Origin: Saccostrea cucullata
Lineage: Eukaryota
NCBI RefSeq assembly: GCF_032062105.1
Contig: NW_026926577.1
Coordinates: 186,001-250,000 of the forward strand
Length of the DNA: 64,000 nucleotides
Direction of reading: 5' to 3'
In this document: in pieces, positions 25,101 to 38,588 of the stretch
How positions within the stretch are numbered: position 1 is the stretch's first letter
Layout: each line of letters starts with the position of its first letter
Translations under genes and position numbers: made by a program
The notes under the pieces: model-generated
What the model was told of the DNA's origin: nothing
The model's database searches: none
The model's input: only the letters and a program-made list of their open reading frames with translations

Positions 25101-27583
25101 CTTTGTAGAGGCGACTTCCGTAGAAGTACCAGTATTTCGCTCCAACAGCATCTTTTCCAAGAGGTTCTATTCTCATATTATCGCCATCAAATCCCTGTAT
25201 ACAAGACTTATTTAAATATTGATACATGTATTTATAAATATGGATATTTATGCCTGTTTGTGCAAATTACACGAAAAAGGGAGAACAGGATAAAGTTTGG
25301 TTAAACTGAATAAATTTGTTCAAAGTACACTGAAAGATAATTATGAGAAAATTTTCTTCAAACTATGTGGCGGGTGCATATCATTTCCGCTACATTTTTG
25401 AAATTTTCATTACCGCTACATAGTCATTATCGCTACAAAAAACGTTACATTACTGCTACATTGCCTTTTTCATTAGCCATCAACTTATGCGATTAACAGA
25501 TTGATTTAAAGTACAACATATATAAGTATAAGTCGATCCTTTCCTGTTTCCCTGCACACCACGGGGAGGTGGAAGTAGGACTTTGAGAGGGATGTTTTTC
25601 ATTTATTTAATCTTTGTTTGTCAATGAAATTTATTCTATTTCACAAAACACTTTTAAATTCAAAAATTAAATCAAGCACTGATCATAGATAAAACTCACA
25701 ATCTTCACATTCTCCTGTTTAGAATTCAAATTGTACTTTACTACATATTGAGTGAATTGTGTTGATTGGTTCTAATATTCTGTACCATACCTGGCTATTT
25801 CAATATGTAGCGGTAACGAGTTGTTTTTGGCTGATTCAAGATGTAGCGGTAATGTAACTGTTTTTCGGCCAAAAAAAGTCTCTAGCGGTAATGATACAAA
25901 ATCATGGCCAAAATTTGAAAAAATGTAGCGGTAATGAGTTGAAAGTTTTGGCGATGTAGCAGTTATGTTGAATTAAATTTTCTTCAAATGATTTAATTGG
26001 CATAATTTACCTTCCTAAAAACAATTCTTTTCCAAATGTTAATCATAATGTGTAGTATCTTTATAAACATGGTAAAACAGATTTAGAATGAAAATGTTCT
26101 TTCAACTACCTCATTGACAACTGTTATGACAACTGTACCTGTTTTTCAATTTCAGTATAAAATTTGGGCACAAAGTAATTCCAAACTTATTATAAACTAT
26201 TTCACCCAAGTCTCTCTCTAGGTTGGACTTTGGTGCATGTCACTTACAAAATCATGGCTAATACTAAAGACCTGAATAAAAATAAATAAATTAACCTTCA
26301 GTTGATCCAAAATATCAGCTGCATCCAGTCTATAATCACACAGACATTGTAGTATCTCTACTTTAGTCCTCAGGGGAAGATCTTTGAATTCTGCATTAGC
26401 AAGGGGGTTTTCCTCCCTTTTTTCTAGCATTTCCCAGTTGTATTTCAACGTGTCTTTGAGGAAAACCTCACAATTATATGTTCTATAAGAAATAATCATG
26501 ACAATCAGTTAAAACTTGATATTTTTCAAACATTTTAAATCTTCACAGCCATAAAGCCATTCAATCAAAATAAATAATTATTGAAAGTATCCTTATTTAT
26601 CACTTTTAACATGTTTAAGATGCAATTTTATGGAGACGTAAAAGTTATATTTATTCAGTAGGGTTGATTTCAAAATGAAAATCAATGAGTAAACCCTGAA
26701 TTTGAATAAAGTGAGCAAATGTATTTTAAGATTCGTAAAATGTGGTAAGAAAAAAAACCCAATAGATATCTGTGTTAAAACTAAATCAAAATAATACTGA
26801 CTCAATGTCATCTCTGCCATAGTATCCCCTCAAGATTTTACACATTAAATCTGTCAAAAAGAAGACATTTTCCTCCTTTGACGAGTCTACCAGAGCTTCC
26901 TCCAAGTCCTAAGGTACAAAAAAGAACTTAGCTGATATCTAGTATAACAGATGGCTTAATTATCTAAAATAGGACTTAAATGATTATCTAATGATAGCCT
27001 CTACATTTGTAAACAAAACCATGCGACTTTCACTTTCTAGTTTCTGTTTAACTATCTGAAACAAAAAATCTTGCATGGGAGATAACTCTAAGAGAAAATC
27101 CATAGAAAGTTTTATTTTTTGAATTATTACTCTGACAAAATAAACAAATATGATTAGCTCTACCTGTTTTACTAAACAAGAAATTTGTAAAGAATAGAAT
27201 TTTAAAAATTATACGAATCACAAAGTGAAAGTAAATGATGTAAAAATTATGAAAATTTTTGAAAAGCAAAGTCGTCTAAAAACTCTTGGAATTCATTTCA
27301 TTTAATCGTTATTTACCTCAATATCAAAGTCTGGAAGGTCGAATGCCGATCTAAACAGGGAGCAGAAATGCGCAATACACGGCACTTCCCACAAGGACTG
27401 AATCTCTACAAGCAATAAATAATCGACATTGCATCGTTAATCGTTAGGAAATTGCACCAATTTAAAACATCTTCAGTGTCATAAATACACATGAAATGAA
27501 TTTTATACCGTATATCGTTTTTCATATTACAATTATTTCAAAGATATTACTTTACAATTACTGAACTTACCTTCCAAAGACAT
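10107..27583 (-). CDS. CECR2: CECR2-like chromatin remodelling factor (DDT-WHIM), 5' portion. Exons: 27583-27571, 27405-27317, 26908-26802, 26482-26296, 25194-25076, 24942-24811, 24010-23891, 22137-22015, 20749-20690, 20058-19993, 19650-19606, 19358-19284, 14759-14634, 14365-14297, 14140-13919, 12832-12758, 12346-12203, 11303-11100, 10344-10107
   Basis: The spliced translation contains [98 protein letters not shown], an AT-hook RGRPRK, and [17 protein letters not shown]...[16 protein letters not shown]. These closely follow the CECR2 N-terminal motifs. All junctions are GT-AG and in phase. The last exon ends on a donor (AGG|GTAAGT); I found no bromodomain exons in the window. Confidence 0.9.
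10463..10670. mobile_element. TA-flanked Tc1/mariner-type MITE
   Basis: TA|CTGTAAATCACTT ... AAGTGATCTACAG|TA, with internal TCGCG/CGCGAAA repeats. Confidence 0.7.
11402..11862. mobile_element. TA-flanked pogo/Tigger-type MITE
   Basis: TA|CCGTATATACTCGCCTATAAGTCGG ... CCGACTTACAGGCGAGTATATACGG|TA. Confidence 0.8.
11949..12157. mobile_element. TA-flanked MITE
   Basis: TA|CTGTATACAGG ... CCTGTATGCAG|TA. Confidence 0.55.
13006..13910. mobile_element. Probable non-autonomous TIR element
   Basis: TACATGTTAAC ... GTTAACATGTA termini, with subterminal CTACCG repeats near both ends. No clear TSD. Confidence 0.4.
15577..16463 (-). mobile_element. HINE-like element B nested in element A
   Basis: Ends are ACTAGAACTGTCC..GGACAAATACCCCC and TATACCCCCC..GGGGGGTATA, with a (GACG/GACA)n microsatellite. 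It interrupts a TTCAAAA|TAGGTCACC repeat unit of A. Confidence 0.6.
17638..18663 (-). mobile_element. HINE-like element C nested in element A, carrying a 156-bp tandem repeat (~5.7 copies)
   Basis: A hairpin AGTCTCTGTCGAGACT plus subterminal AGCTCTACTGGT is matched by ACCAGTAGAGCTA at the other end, with a (GACA/GACG)n microsatellite. GTAACCATGGCAAC recurs at 17811, 17967, 18123, 18279 and 18435. Confidence 0.7.
20324..20552. mobile_element. Tc1/mariner-type MITE
   Basis: TACTGTAAACCAACTT ... AAGTTGGTTTACAG. Confidence 0.6.
22318..23440 (-). mobile_element. Truncated HINE-like element with ~167-bp satellite-like units
   Basis: Begins ACAAGAGGCCCATGGGCCTTATAGGTCACCTGAGTA, the same end as the elements at 42974 and 58441. 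It has degenerate GAAGAAGATTTTCAAAGAA...CCCCTGACCC units. Confidence 0.7.
25362..25974. mobile_element. Probable TIR element with inverted subterminal (ACCGCTACA)n arrays
   Basis: CGCTACA repeats on the left are mirrored by TAGCGGTAA repeats on the right. The direct repeat AAATTTTCTTCAAA occurs at both edges. Confidence 0.45.
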
Positions 27584-27925
27584 AGTTCTTATGGAGAGTA
27601 CCGTCCTTTTTCATGCAGTAATGCAATGGAGGTCCGTTATTCCTTTCTTGGGGTAAACCAAGAGGAGATCCGAAAGAAGAAACAACTTCCGGTTGCTTCG
27701 TCTTTCTGATTTAACAAGTGAAATTATAGTGCAAACCTCTAAAAAGCAATGATTTTTTTGCTACATAATCTATATCAATAATGAGAACGTGAAGCATTTG
27801 ATTTTTTTCTTTATTAATCAGGTCTTTCTGGCACCGGATAAATCATGTCATTTCCACCCGTAACCCCTCGTATTACATTGAATGCTGGGTAATAATAATA
27901 GAAAGATGGCAAATCCATGGCCAAG
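27584..27925. promoter_or_regulatory. Putative bidirectional promoter between the CECR2-like gene (-) and the QSER1-like gene (+)
   Basis: The CECR2 ATG (27583, minus) and a plus-strand first-exon donor (CCAAG|GTAGT, ~27925) lie ~340 bp apart. There is an ETS/GABP-type ACTTCCGG at ~27685 and a YY1-like AAGATGGC at ~27903. Confidence 0.55.
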
Positions 27926-29775
27926 GTAGTTATGTTTATATGTATTTTGCTAGGCCCTTCCATTGATACATTGAAAATTGTACTCTTTGTAAATGTTTAA
28001 GGAACACATTGAAGTTTAAGAATTAAACACACAGGGAGTGTACCTCTCAACTGAAAGATGTTAACATGTTGAAGTTAAAATTAAAAATAACAAATATTGA
28101 CAGCAAATCACAAATGTAATGTAATGTTTAGTGCAATCACAGAAACAGGCAACATAGAATATTAGAATAAAAATAATGGAATGCATGTCTTGTAAATTGA
28201 AATAATTCGAATTCGTAATGAATTTATAAATTAAATAAAAACATGACGTCTTAAGCTGGTTGCATGGTTCATTTTCAGATCACAAGTCCAGAACAATCTC
28301 CTCATTTAGATATTTGGTTTGATTTAGCCCTTCAAAATATCTTGATAAAGCAATTCATTTATTTGTTTTTTATTACAGACTTCACAATTTTTCAATAAGA
28401 AATGACATACAACGTCAGGGTTTTCGTTAACTCTTAAGCATTGGATTTCCGACAGTATATTTCATTTGATATTCTATTGGCTGATTGTGGAAATGTCTTT
28501 TGGAAAAATTACAAATCTTGATTGTTTTTCTTATCTTTTGACCAATCACATTCAATCTTTTGGTGACAAACCACCTGTTAAATGAACCAATGAGTTGTCA
28601 ACTGCCTACTTTCTGTTTATGTTTATATTAAATTAACTTATGAAATCCTCTGTCTGATTGGTTCTCCTTAATGAGGGAGGAAGCCCAAAGAATATCATAT
28701 GAAATTTGTCAATGGGTCCAGTGGCAATGAGTTGACTTAGGACCCCTGAGACATTGAGGGTGAAGAAACAGATGTTGTTTTTAGATTTCATTAAATAAAT
28801 TAATTCTTAGAATATTAGAATGATTTTTTGATACAGAAAAGTGTAGGGCTTTCGATAAGGAGATGCCTCCATCAATATTGATATTTTTGTGGTGAATAAC
28901 AAACCATATTTAACACCAAAAGAGTCCATAATTGTTTATTATACAGTCTGGATTTATATAAATCGGACATTGAAGGCTGCATGACGACACCATTTTCATT
29001 TATGAACTTCCGTCGCTGAAATAAAAGAAATATTAAAAGAAAGTCCAGATTACAATTTGTAGCCTCCGTGTATTCCTTTCTGAGTTTTGCTGTTCAAGAT
29101 GTTCATAATGAATGTTTTAAATTAATCATTTGTTTAAGTTAACATTTTTCCTGCTCAGATACATAGCTTGCTGCGGCCGTTACATCATTGCTTACACTGT
29201 TGTTAGTATTAATTGTGATGTCACAATGCCGCTGCACATGCACTGACCCTCCAGTGAATATAGCCTCAAATCAGGGGGAATATATAGTGTTATGAACTGT
29301 TTGCCCTTGTATAGATTATATAATAGGGACTATAAATAGACTATATAATAATACCTATTAATGACCCAGAACCTTGCCACTTCTAGTTTAATAATCAACA
29401 TTGTAAATTATTGGAAATTATTCTAAACATGCTAAAGCAGCCTTTTGAATGTTAAAATGGATGAATTCATCTCATCACTTCAATCTTATTGAAAGTCATC
29501 ATGGTCATGAAATCAGTATACTAAGACGTCATGATTTGTCAATTCTTTTTTTCCTAAGTTTTGTTATTAATTTAAAAGATTAATGTATTAATTAGTCCCC
29601 CCTCCACCCCCCAAAAAAGATCATTGTGTGAATTGTACTGTATTTACAAACAGTGGTCAATCATTCTCATGAATCTCTGTTTAAACTTTTTACTTGTAGT
29701 AGCAATTGTAATATCTCCTTATTCATGAATCTGTTTATAATATCCAATATTTTAGATTGTAAAATAACTGGCAGC

Positions 29776-32700
29776 ATGGACCCTAATCAGTGGAGAAACT
29801 TTAATCTTCCGTATGGACAGTCTCCTGGCATTGGTCTGGGTTCAGGGCTGGGACGACTGGACATGGGACAACAGCAGGCACCGGGGTTCAGTCCAGGTAA
29901 AACATAGCTAGATCAGGTCTAACATAGTATAAAGATGAGGTTCAACACAGTTCAAGTAAAACAATATATTAAAAAAAAAAACCTTATATCAGGTCTAAAC
30001 ATCTCTTGATAAGGCCCCCAAAAATAAATTAATAGTTTCTCAGGCCAAAAAATTCAAAATTCAATGCGGCAGGCAGGCTTTTTTTTTTTTTTTTTTTTTT
30101 TTTTTTCTGAAGCAGGTTTTACACTTTTTTTTAAGCCATATGTTCAATAAAATGATAATATCTATTATCTACTAATTCTTAATTTTTGTTCTCTGAAATT
30201 AGTTATAATATGTATTCAACTTTAAATAATATGTTATTCCAAAACATTTATTTAAAGGTTAATTCATAAAATACTGTAAATTTAGTAGAAATATGTTGTT
30301 TTTCTAATAAAAATGTCTTTTTTTTAGCATTTATGAAAAGGGGAATAACTCAATTAATTTTATTTTCTTTTTCAACTTGGAAAAATAGAAAATAGTTATT
30401 TCCCTTTTCAATATGTCAATAAAATTGATCAATGCGGCCGTTTTTGAACTGATGCGGCGGTGCCTGAGAAATTATTGATTAATTTTTTTTGGCCTAAAGC
30501 TATATGTAGCTTGAGTAAGCTTCATATAGCATCACCATTGGTTGATCATGTTGATTAAGCTATTTCCCAATTATGTCTTTCAGTGATATAAATGATAGAT
30601 AGAATTGTTCAAATATATGGCTACTCATGTTAAATAAATTGTTGAACTGAATAAACTATTTAAAAAAGCAAAGTCAAAGATAGTTTAAACGTTGCTTTTA
30701 AAGCAAAGGATATATTTCCATTGTTTGGATAACTCTTTAATAAGATTACTTGCCCTGGTTTAGTATTCTTTGACATGTAGATGAAAGCTGTAGTAATGTT
30801 TTATCTGATAATTTTCTTTGTATTTGTAGGATTTGCCCTTCCACAAGGATTATCAATCTCTCCTCACCATAGTGCTCTGGAGAACTCTCCTTTAAGTGCG
30901 TTTGGACTGCCCAAAGTGTCACCCCAAGCTCCGTTTTCGGAGGCACCATTGCTGAGGTCCCCTGTAGGAGAGCCTGTAGGTCGTAGTATTCCATCACATT
31001 ATCCACCCGATGCCTTAAAAACCAGCCATGATGCTGACAGAGGACTGTTAAATTTAATGAACCCAAACCAGCTCCCTTTAGAGCTGTCAGGACCACCCCC
31101 TGCTCATTCTGGATCCACCAATCAGTCGTTATCTCGAAATCCTTTGGCAGCTGAAAACTTCATTCAACATCAGCCTTTCTCTTTGAAACTTCAAAACCAA
31201 CCAGAACCTTTGAAGATTTCTGTTCCGTCTTCAAAAGTTGGATACTGTGAAATGAGAAGTCCTACCAGTTCTCTTCTGTATGGCTTAGCAAGCCCAGGAC
31301 TGGAGGAACACCATCAGACACAATCCTTGTATGGATCATTTCCATCAACACAGACTTCTAAGCCTGAACAGTTCAGTACGACCCACGGTATGAACTATGA
31401 CCCGGTGAGCCCCGTCTCTGATCACGGACAGCAAAGTGAGGAATTTTCTCATGTGGACTTTAATGATCTTTCTCGTGTGGACCCCTCTAGAAACTCTGTC
31501 AAAGTAAATCAAAACACAGTCCTGATGCAGCACATGAATGTTCCTAAGTCACTAGCACAAGACCTTGGACCAGATGAGAATACATACATGTCAAGCCACC
31601 AGTTCATGCATGGATCCCCTTCAGTACGTACTAACAATAGTAACCCCAGTCCAATTCATCAGTCCCCACACAATCTTAGTCCACACGTAAACTCAGCTCG
31701 AGAAAGTCCACAGTTACAGCAACCAACATCCACCATGATATCTTCACCTCCTGTGCATTCAGTAGCAGACTCTACATCAAAGAGTAAAAAATCAAAGTTT
31801 CACAAGCGGAGGTCAAGGGATGAAAATCATCAAAATATGGAACTGGTAAACTCTGTGAATGTGTCAACCAGTAATCAAGCATACACTGTTCCAGGGAATT
31901 ATTCTTCTTATAGTGCACCAAGGAACCATACAGACAGCCCCCAGAATCTTAACTCATTCAGTCCCCAGTCCTATAGCCCTCACATGCAGCACCAACATCA
32001 ACAAATGCAAGGAAGCCAACATCAGAATATTCAAAATGGCAGACACTCAAACTCTTCACTAGGAAGTAACAACTCCCCTGTAATGAATGAATACACCTCA
32101 CTACCACAGAGTGTAATTGGAACACAAAGTGTATCTTCTCACACTGTGTCTCATTCCATGGAGAGCCCTTTGATTAATCATAGTATGAACACAAGCATGA
32201 TGTCGCCACACACACTTCACTCTGGTGGCATGCCCTCCTCCATGGCCCCAGGTCCTACGCCCTCCTCCATGGCCTCAGGTCCTACGCCTTCAAACCCCAT
32301 GCAGATCTCATCCATGCAGAGACCTTCAGTGGTCGAGCACCAGCCTAGTTTAAATTATAATTCTGGGAATTCAGTGAAATCGTCTCTCAGTGATCCCCTT
32401 GGCATGCAGGCTTTAGGACTTGTTGGAGACAATGAGTATCAAGTGCCGTCTGCTGAGAGCAGTATGTATGGTAATATGGACAATTATGGCAATAGGTTTG
32501 ACATTAATGGCGAGTGTCTCGGATATCAGGTGAGTCAGAGGAGAACCTCCACCATTGATGAGGATGCTTTATCAAGTCTGATAGGAGGACACCCTGCTCC
32601 TAGTCACTACCCTACAACAACACTGCCTTCAGTACAGGATCAGCCTGTAGGATCAGAGGGGTGGAACTGTACTCAGGAGAGCATGGTCTCCCCACCTAAG

Positions 32701-35700
32701 ACAGTGGCAACCAAACCGGAGCAGGATGATGAGTTTGCTCATCTTCAAAAACCTCCCAGTGCTGTGGTAAACAAAGAGACCAAGCGTAGTGATAGTCTAT
32801 TTCAGAACCATTCGCTCAATACTAAACCTGCTCCTCCTTCTGTTGTGCAAAAACCGGAAATCAAGAAAAACCCTAATTCAGGATTTCTTAATTCATTTTT
32901 AAGCTTCATTCAAGGAAAAAAGCCGGAAACATTATCAAGTGTAAATACCTCAGTTGTGAAACGACCAGAACTGCCAAAATATATTCCAGAACCTCCGAGA
33001 CCGAAACCAGTGCAAAAAGCGGAGAGAAAATTCAGCAGTGATAGTGCTTCACCAAAGCCTGACACAAGTTCTATGTATTCTCCCTCCACTTCTCAAGCAT
33101 CTACATTTTCTGAGGAGGAGGATCTAGGAACTTCAAATGTCAGCAACAAGGTTCAGGGTATTGTGCAGCAGATCAAAGAGGATGGTAAGCCAAGTCTGAA
33201 AATGAAAATCAGTCTGGGCAGGGGGCAGGGGGGTCAGAGTGTCAAACACACAGTAGACCAACCAAAAGTGACTAAACGCAGAAACTCAAAAGCTACAAAA
33301 AAGAAACGCAAGGATGATTCAGATGATGCATATGTGATGTCATCAGGTGATGAGGTGGACTTTGATAATTCATTTGTAGAAAAGCCCCCATCTCCCTCAC
33401 TTCCTAAAAGGCAGCTGTCTTCTCGAAAAGCCAAGGAAAGGGCTCAACAGAAGAGTGAGTGTTCTATTTCAGAAAAAAAAACAAAATTTCTCCAAAATAT
33501 ATACTAGTATTATTTACCAAGAAATTTTATAGGGTTGACAAAGTTCATGAAAATAATTCAGGAAGATATTACGTTACACAGTGGCATGATGCTTGTTCCA
33601 TTCCAAAAATGACAATCAAGGATTTTCTAAACTTGACATTTTATAAAACAACCCTATCTTGACATAACCTTTGTCTTTGAATATTTTTTTTTCAATTTTC
33701 AGGTACATAGTTCACATGTAATAAAAGTGATTTTTTCAAAGGAATTTTAACACTTAATACATGTAATAATGTTAATGTCAACAATACATTTTATATCTCC
33801 TCTTTCTCAAATTTTGTTCTAGACTTCAAGTCCTGCTAATCTTTTGGATTCTTGTATTAATAATCACATTTTATGTTGCAGTTAATGTAAAACGTAGAAA
33901 TGTTTCATGTTGATATTAACCTGTTATTGACCTTACAGAGAAATACGTAGAATCAGATAGTGATGATGAGGTTATGGGCCCCATCGCTCCCTTCAGCAGG
34001 AAAACGCCCAATGATGAGGAAGCCTACGATTCTGACAGAGACCCAGACTGGGCACCCTTTGAAGTTGTAAGTGTTAATAATGTCATCTCTGAGTTTCAGA
34101 AAAAATCTGTTTGTCATCATAAATCTTATTTGTTGAGCATGTAGAGATTGGTTGGGTTTCAAATTTCAAGTATTGTAAATTGTCTCTGGTATCAATATTG
34201 AAATATTAAATGTAGTGTATATTCTAAAACCCGGATTTTACTGAAACGTAAAGTTACCTGCATTTTGTTTATAACACGTCCAATAAATCCAATGCTTTAC
34301 TTTAAAGATTATATCTCATCTCTTGTATCTCATTATCTCATTCTTTGATTTCAATACCATATATGTCAGGAGGTGTGGCTTGTATCTAAATTAGCTCAAG
34401 AATTAGCTAACGCCTAATAAAATCCAAAAAATAAACTCACTTTACAATTAAGTCAGCAAACATCATTTAAACAATTATGAATATCAACAGTTATAGATGA
34501 TTTTTTAAATACTTTTTAGGAAACTAAAAAGGAGCCTAAAGCAAAAGCACCAAGGGGAAGAAGGTAATTAATTAAACTTCTGGATACAAAATTCATTTAT
34601 TCAGTCTGCAAAAATAATTTGGTTTGTATTCAAACTGTTCAACAAGTGCAGCATTTTTTCCCCCAAATAAGAAATGTTATAAAAATTTAGTTCAATGTTA
34701 CAGAGTTTACTGGAAAAACAAGGTAAAGAGTGTCTTTCATGTGAAAAGATTGCAGCAATTTTAGTTGTTTTATTGAAGGCGACGCACCAATTCCAACAGA
34801 GCATCATTAGACGTGGAAAACGAGAATACTGATCTTAGCAAAAAGAAGGCCAAGGTGTTCACTCCGGTAGATAATAAACCAGTTGTACCACTTACCAAGC
34901 AAGAACCCAAGCCCCCAGAGTCTGTGTTCCCCCTACCAGTGTTCAGGGTAAGGTGGACCCGGGTCTTATACTACTACACTGAGTCACAGGTGTATTGATT
35001 GATAAATATTACTCTACTGTGCTGTGTAAGTTAAGATTTGGTGTAAAAAGGTGTTACACACCTATACTCTGATAATACCCTGGGTATCTAACATGAGGTC
35101 TACCAAAATGAATACAACTGTACCTCACATCACTTTATTTGAGTAGCTGTACATATATATAATAGGATGAAGTGTTTAAATTTGTACAGGATTGTTCCAA
35201 GTGTCTGTGTATGATTAAAACTATTTAATTGCAAAATATTAAATATTTCATAAATGAATACATTGTGATATTTCGTTGACTTGCATAACAAACTGGATTC
35301 TCAATTCATTTAAGGCTAAAATATCTCTAGGGATGCAACCAAAATGGGAGAGGATCGCACATTTTGGCCGTGGTTTGTGAGGAAATCCATGTAAAGTTAA
35401 GAGATGATTTATTTGATATATTGTAAAAGATCAAAAAAATCGCTTTACCTTTCAAGGAAATTTTCAAGCTTTGCATCTTACAGATAGGAGATTTTGTGAT
35501 GGCCAAAAATGACTTGAACAATTTTGAGCGTTTTCCTATCTGGAGGATAGACCCTGGTAAAATGATGAAGAAATATGAGTTATTTACTGACCGGGGGAAG
35601 ATACTTCACATGGCCACCTGTACAGTAAGTCAAAAATATTTCACCAAATAAAAAAACTCAGGACTTATTTATGGGTCTCTCCATAAGTAACAGTATTTAT

Positions 35701-38554
35701 AGGTTTAGGCTTTTTTTACTCTCTGAGTATGTAGGAACAATATTTTTTGGATGTTTATATCTCTTAGCATGTTCTCTCATTATAAGAGTGTTAAAGAGTT
35801 AGTGTGTAATTTAGTAATGGCCTCTGAAATGTAGAACATAGTTAACTGTTTTTAGCTTTCATTCAAGGTTAAAATTGAGTGTTAATATTGCACTTGTTTA
35901 TGAATAGAAATGTGACATGGTTGAGTACTGATATGTTTTATCCTGCTATTGCTCAGACTAGATTTTAGAATGTATAATTGCATGAATTTTAATTTACTTT
36001 CAGTATTCCAGTTATTTGCCAAAAATGGATTTAGAATACATCCCAATAAAAGTGACCACCATTAAAAATGAACGAGACGGTCATGTTGTGGAGGTGTGTG
36101 AAGCAGATCGACCCAAACCTAAACTGGACTCCAGGTGAGAAAGATAGAATTAAATTCATTGTAACAAGTATAGGTACTTTAAGGCATTGAAAGGTACACT
36201 TTGATTTAACTAGACTGTGATATTGGCAGACCTACGTGTTATTTAAGCAATGTATATTTTTGAATATTTCTATGCTTATTTATTAATGCATTAAACAATC
36301 TGTTTTAAATCATAAAATGTTCATTGCATTTGTACATACAGTAATTAGGGTTCCTCACGCCTTTTAATGACCGTTATCGCATATGGCAGTGTTTATACAG
36401 TAATTATCGTGACCAATTAAGCACCTGCTACCTGGCTTTTCTCACTTCGGCTGTCTTCTACCCTTATTTTTGGTTTGCTGAATAATTATTTGTTTTCATT
36501 GCATCGTTTAAGCTATTATTTTTATAAAAAATTTTCAAACTTGTGAGCCATATTCATGAAGATCAAATGATATAACACGTGCGATTGTTGATTTGGTTGT
36601 GTTTAAATACATGCCAATACAAATGGTTGAAGGTAAAGGCTTGAAAAAAACTGATGTCCATCGTTGCACCAAACTACAAATTACCGTTAAGTAATACTGT
36701 AATAAAAGTATGCAGCCAAAAGTGAGGAATTTGAATTTTAAAGCTTGTCAAGTCCGAGTTTTTTTACTGTTTTTGTTACAGAGTCACATATACGGAGCAG
36801 ATTATCTAAAAAAAAAAAAACCACTGTGAGCCACTTATGATATGACTTTATTTCTTGTGTACATCTGATAAATAAATTGAAGTTATAAAATGTGATAAAA
36901 AATTTCGTCGGGCACAATGTGCTCATCATTGTTACAAAAAAACTATCAGACTGTTATAGGCAAAGAGTTTACGATGTGCTTGTAGTCATCAATTTTCACT
37001 GTTTACACTTTTACCGAATAGCTTTGTGCAAATCAATTTAATATTTACGATTTGACATAAAATTTTAAGGCATTTGAAGGTACACTTTGATTTAATATGT
37101 GTCACCTGTAAGCAAAATATTTTGAAAATGTTAGAACATTATGAAGAAGAAATGGCAGACATGTTTAACGTTTATCTGCAGATTTTTCTCAGTTGTGCCT
37201 TAGAGCCTGGATTTCTCACCGCAATACTGGATAACAAAGGTCAGCAATGTTTTACTGAAAAATTTGAGCTGGAAGGTATTTTGTCATTGACATTCATGTA
37301 AATATAGACCAGTTATAAAGCATTTCCATTTGCTGTCTCAGCATCATATTTACAAAAATTTTCAAACTTTTGAGCCATATTCATGAAGATCAGAATGAAT
37401 TTCCTGCATTCTGTACACACATATGTCAGTGTTTTGATATAGTTATAAAAGTATTTTGCGAAGATCTTAATTGTTAGCATTGTGGAAACTGCACCAAGTT
37501 TGTATTAGGTATGCAGCCATATGTGAGGAATTTGAATTTTAAAGTCATTAGAATTTTTTACTGTTTTTGTTACAGTGGAGTTTTACCTAGGACCCTTAAA
37601 CAGCATTGACGACTTGATTGACAAAAAGTTGATTGAAATTGATGCCAAATTACAGTGGAAACAAAAGTTCAAGGTTAGAGTGTTCAGTTTGGTTAAAAAA
37701 ACATGAGACTTGTTTAGGCAAAGCATCTCTGATGTGCCACAGTGCTTGTGTCTTTGTAATCACTGTGTATGTTTATATGTGATGCAATAACTTAATTTAA
37801 TACACATTGACTAAATATTTACTGCATAAAGATATGTAGAGGATGATTAAAGAAAACATCAGTTTATATGTGTCACTGAATCAAAAATCAAAATGTTAAC
37901 ATTACTTGAAATGTATTTATATTTATTGCATTCTATGAAATTTTCACAGAATATCAAACAGTAAAAAATGGATTAAGATGATCAGGGTTTTTTTTTTGTT
38001 TTGAATAACTTCATATTTGTATTAACAATATGTGTATGAAAAGTGGTAAAAAACATTAAATTGATTTTCTTTCAGAATGCTCTACAATCCAAACCACATA
38101 TTAGGGAATTAGATCGACTAAACCTGAAGGTGGCTTGCCAGGTAAGGTTATTTTTGTACGAAAATCAAAAGAAAGATTGCATCCCCTTAATATAAAGAAA
38201 TTGAAAAACTGTTAAAGATGTGATTAAGATCCAAATTCCAGAGTTTAAAGTTTATTATTTGTTTTTAGGCCTGTCGCTTTACCAATGAGCCCGCTATAAA
38301 ATCTGTCCACCTGTTTGGTCAGTCCTATGACCACAGAACGCTAACAGAAAACAAAGCCACAGTAGAGGACGGCAGTGTGGTAACTAAAAAATCTCAGATT
38401 TTTAGAAGAACCACTGTGCCAGGAGAAGGTGTTTATGCTAACAGATATTGAAAAATTTCTCTAGATGTTAAATTGTTAAAACCATGACCCCCAGGGGTAG
38501 GGCGGGGCCACAATAGGGAATCCAAGTTTTACATAGAAATATGTAGAACAAATC

Positions 38555-38588
<34 letters not shown>

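Noticed and set aside
10107-27583. RSF1 or BAZ-family identity
   Set aside because: [35 protein letters not shown] and YWYFYG.R.YKEDP fit CECR2 much better.
30781-30829. Signal peptide at the start of the 908-aa ORF
   Set aside because: This is the intron polypyrimidine tract read in frame; the real exon starts at 30830.
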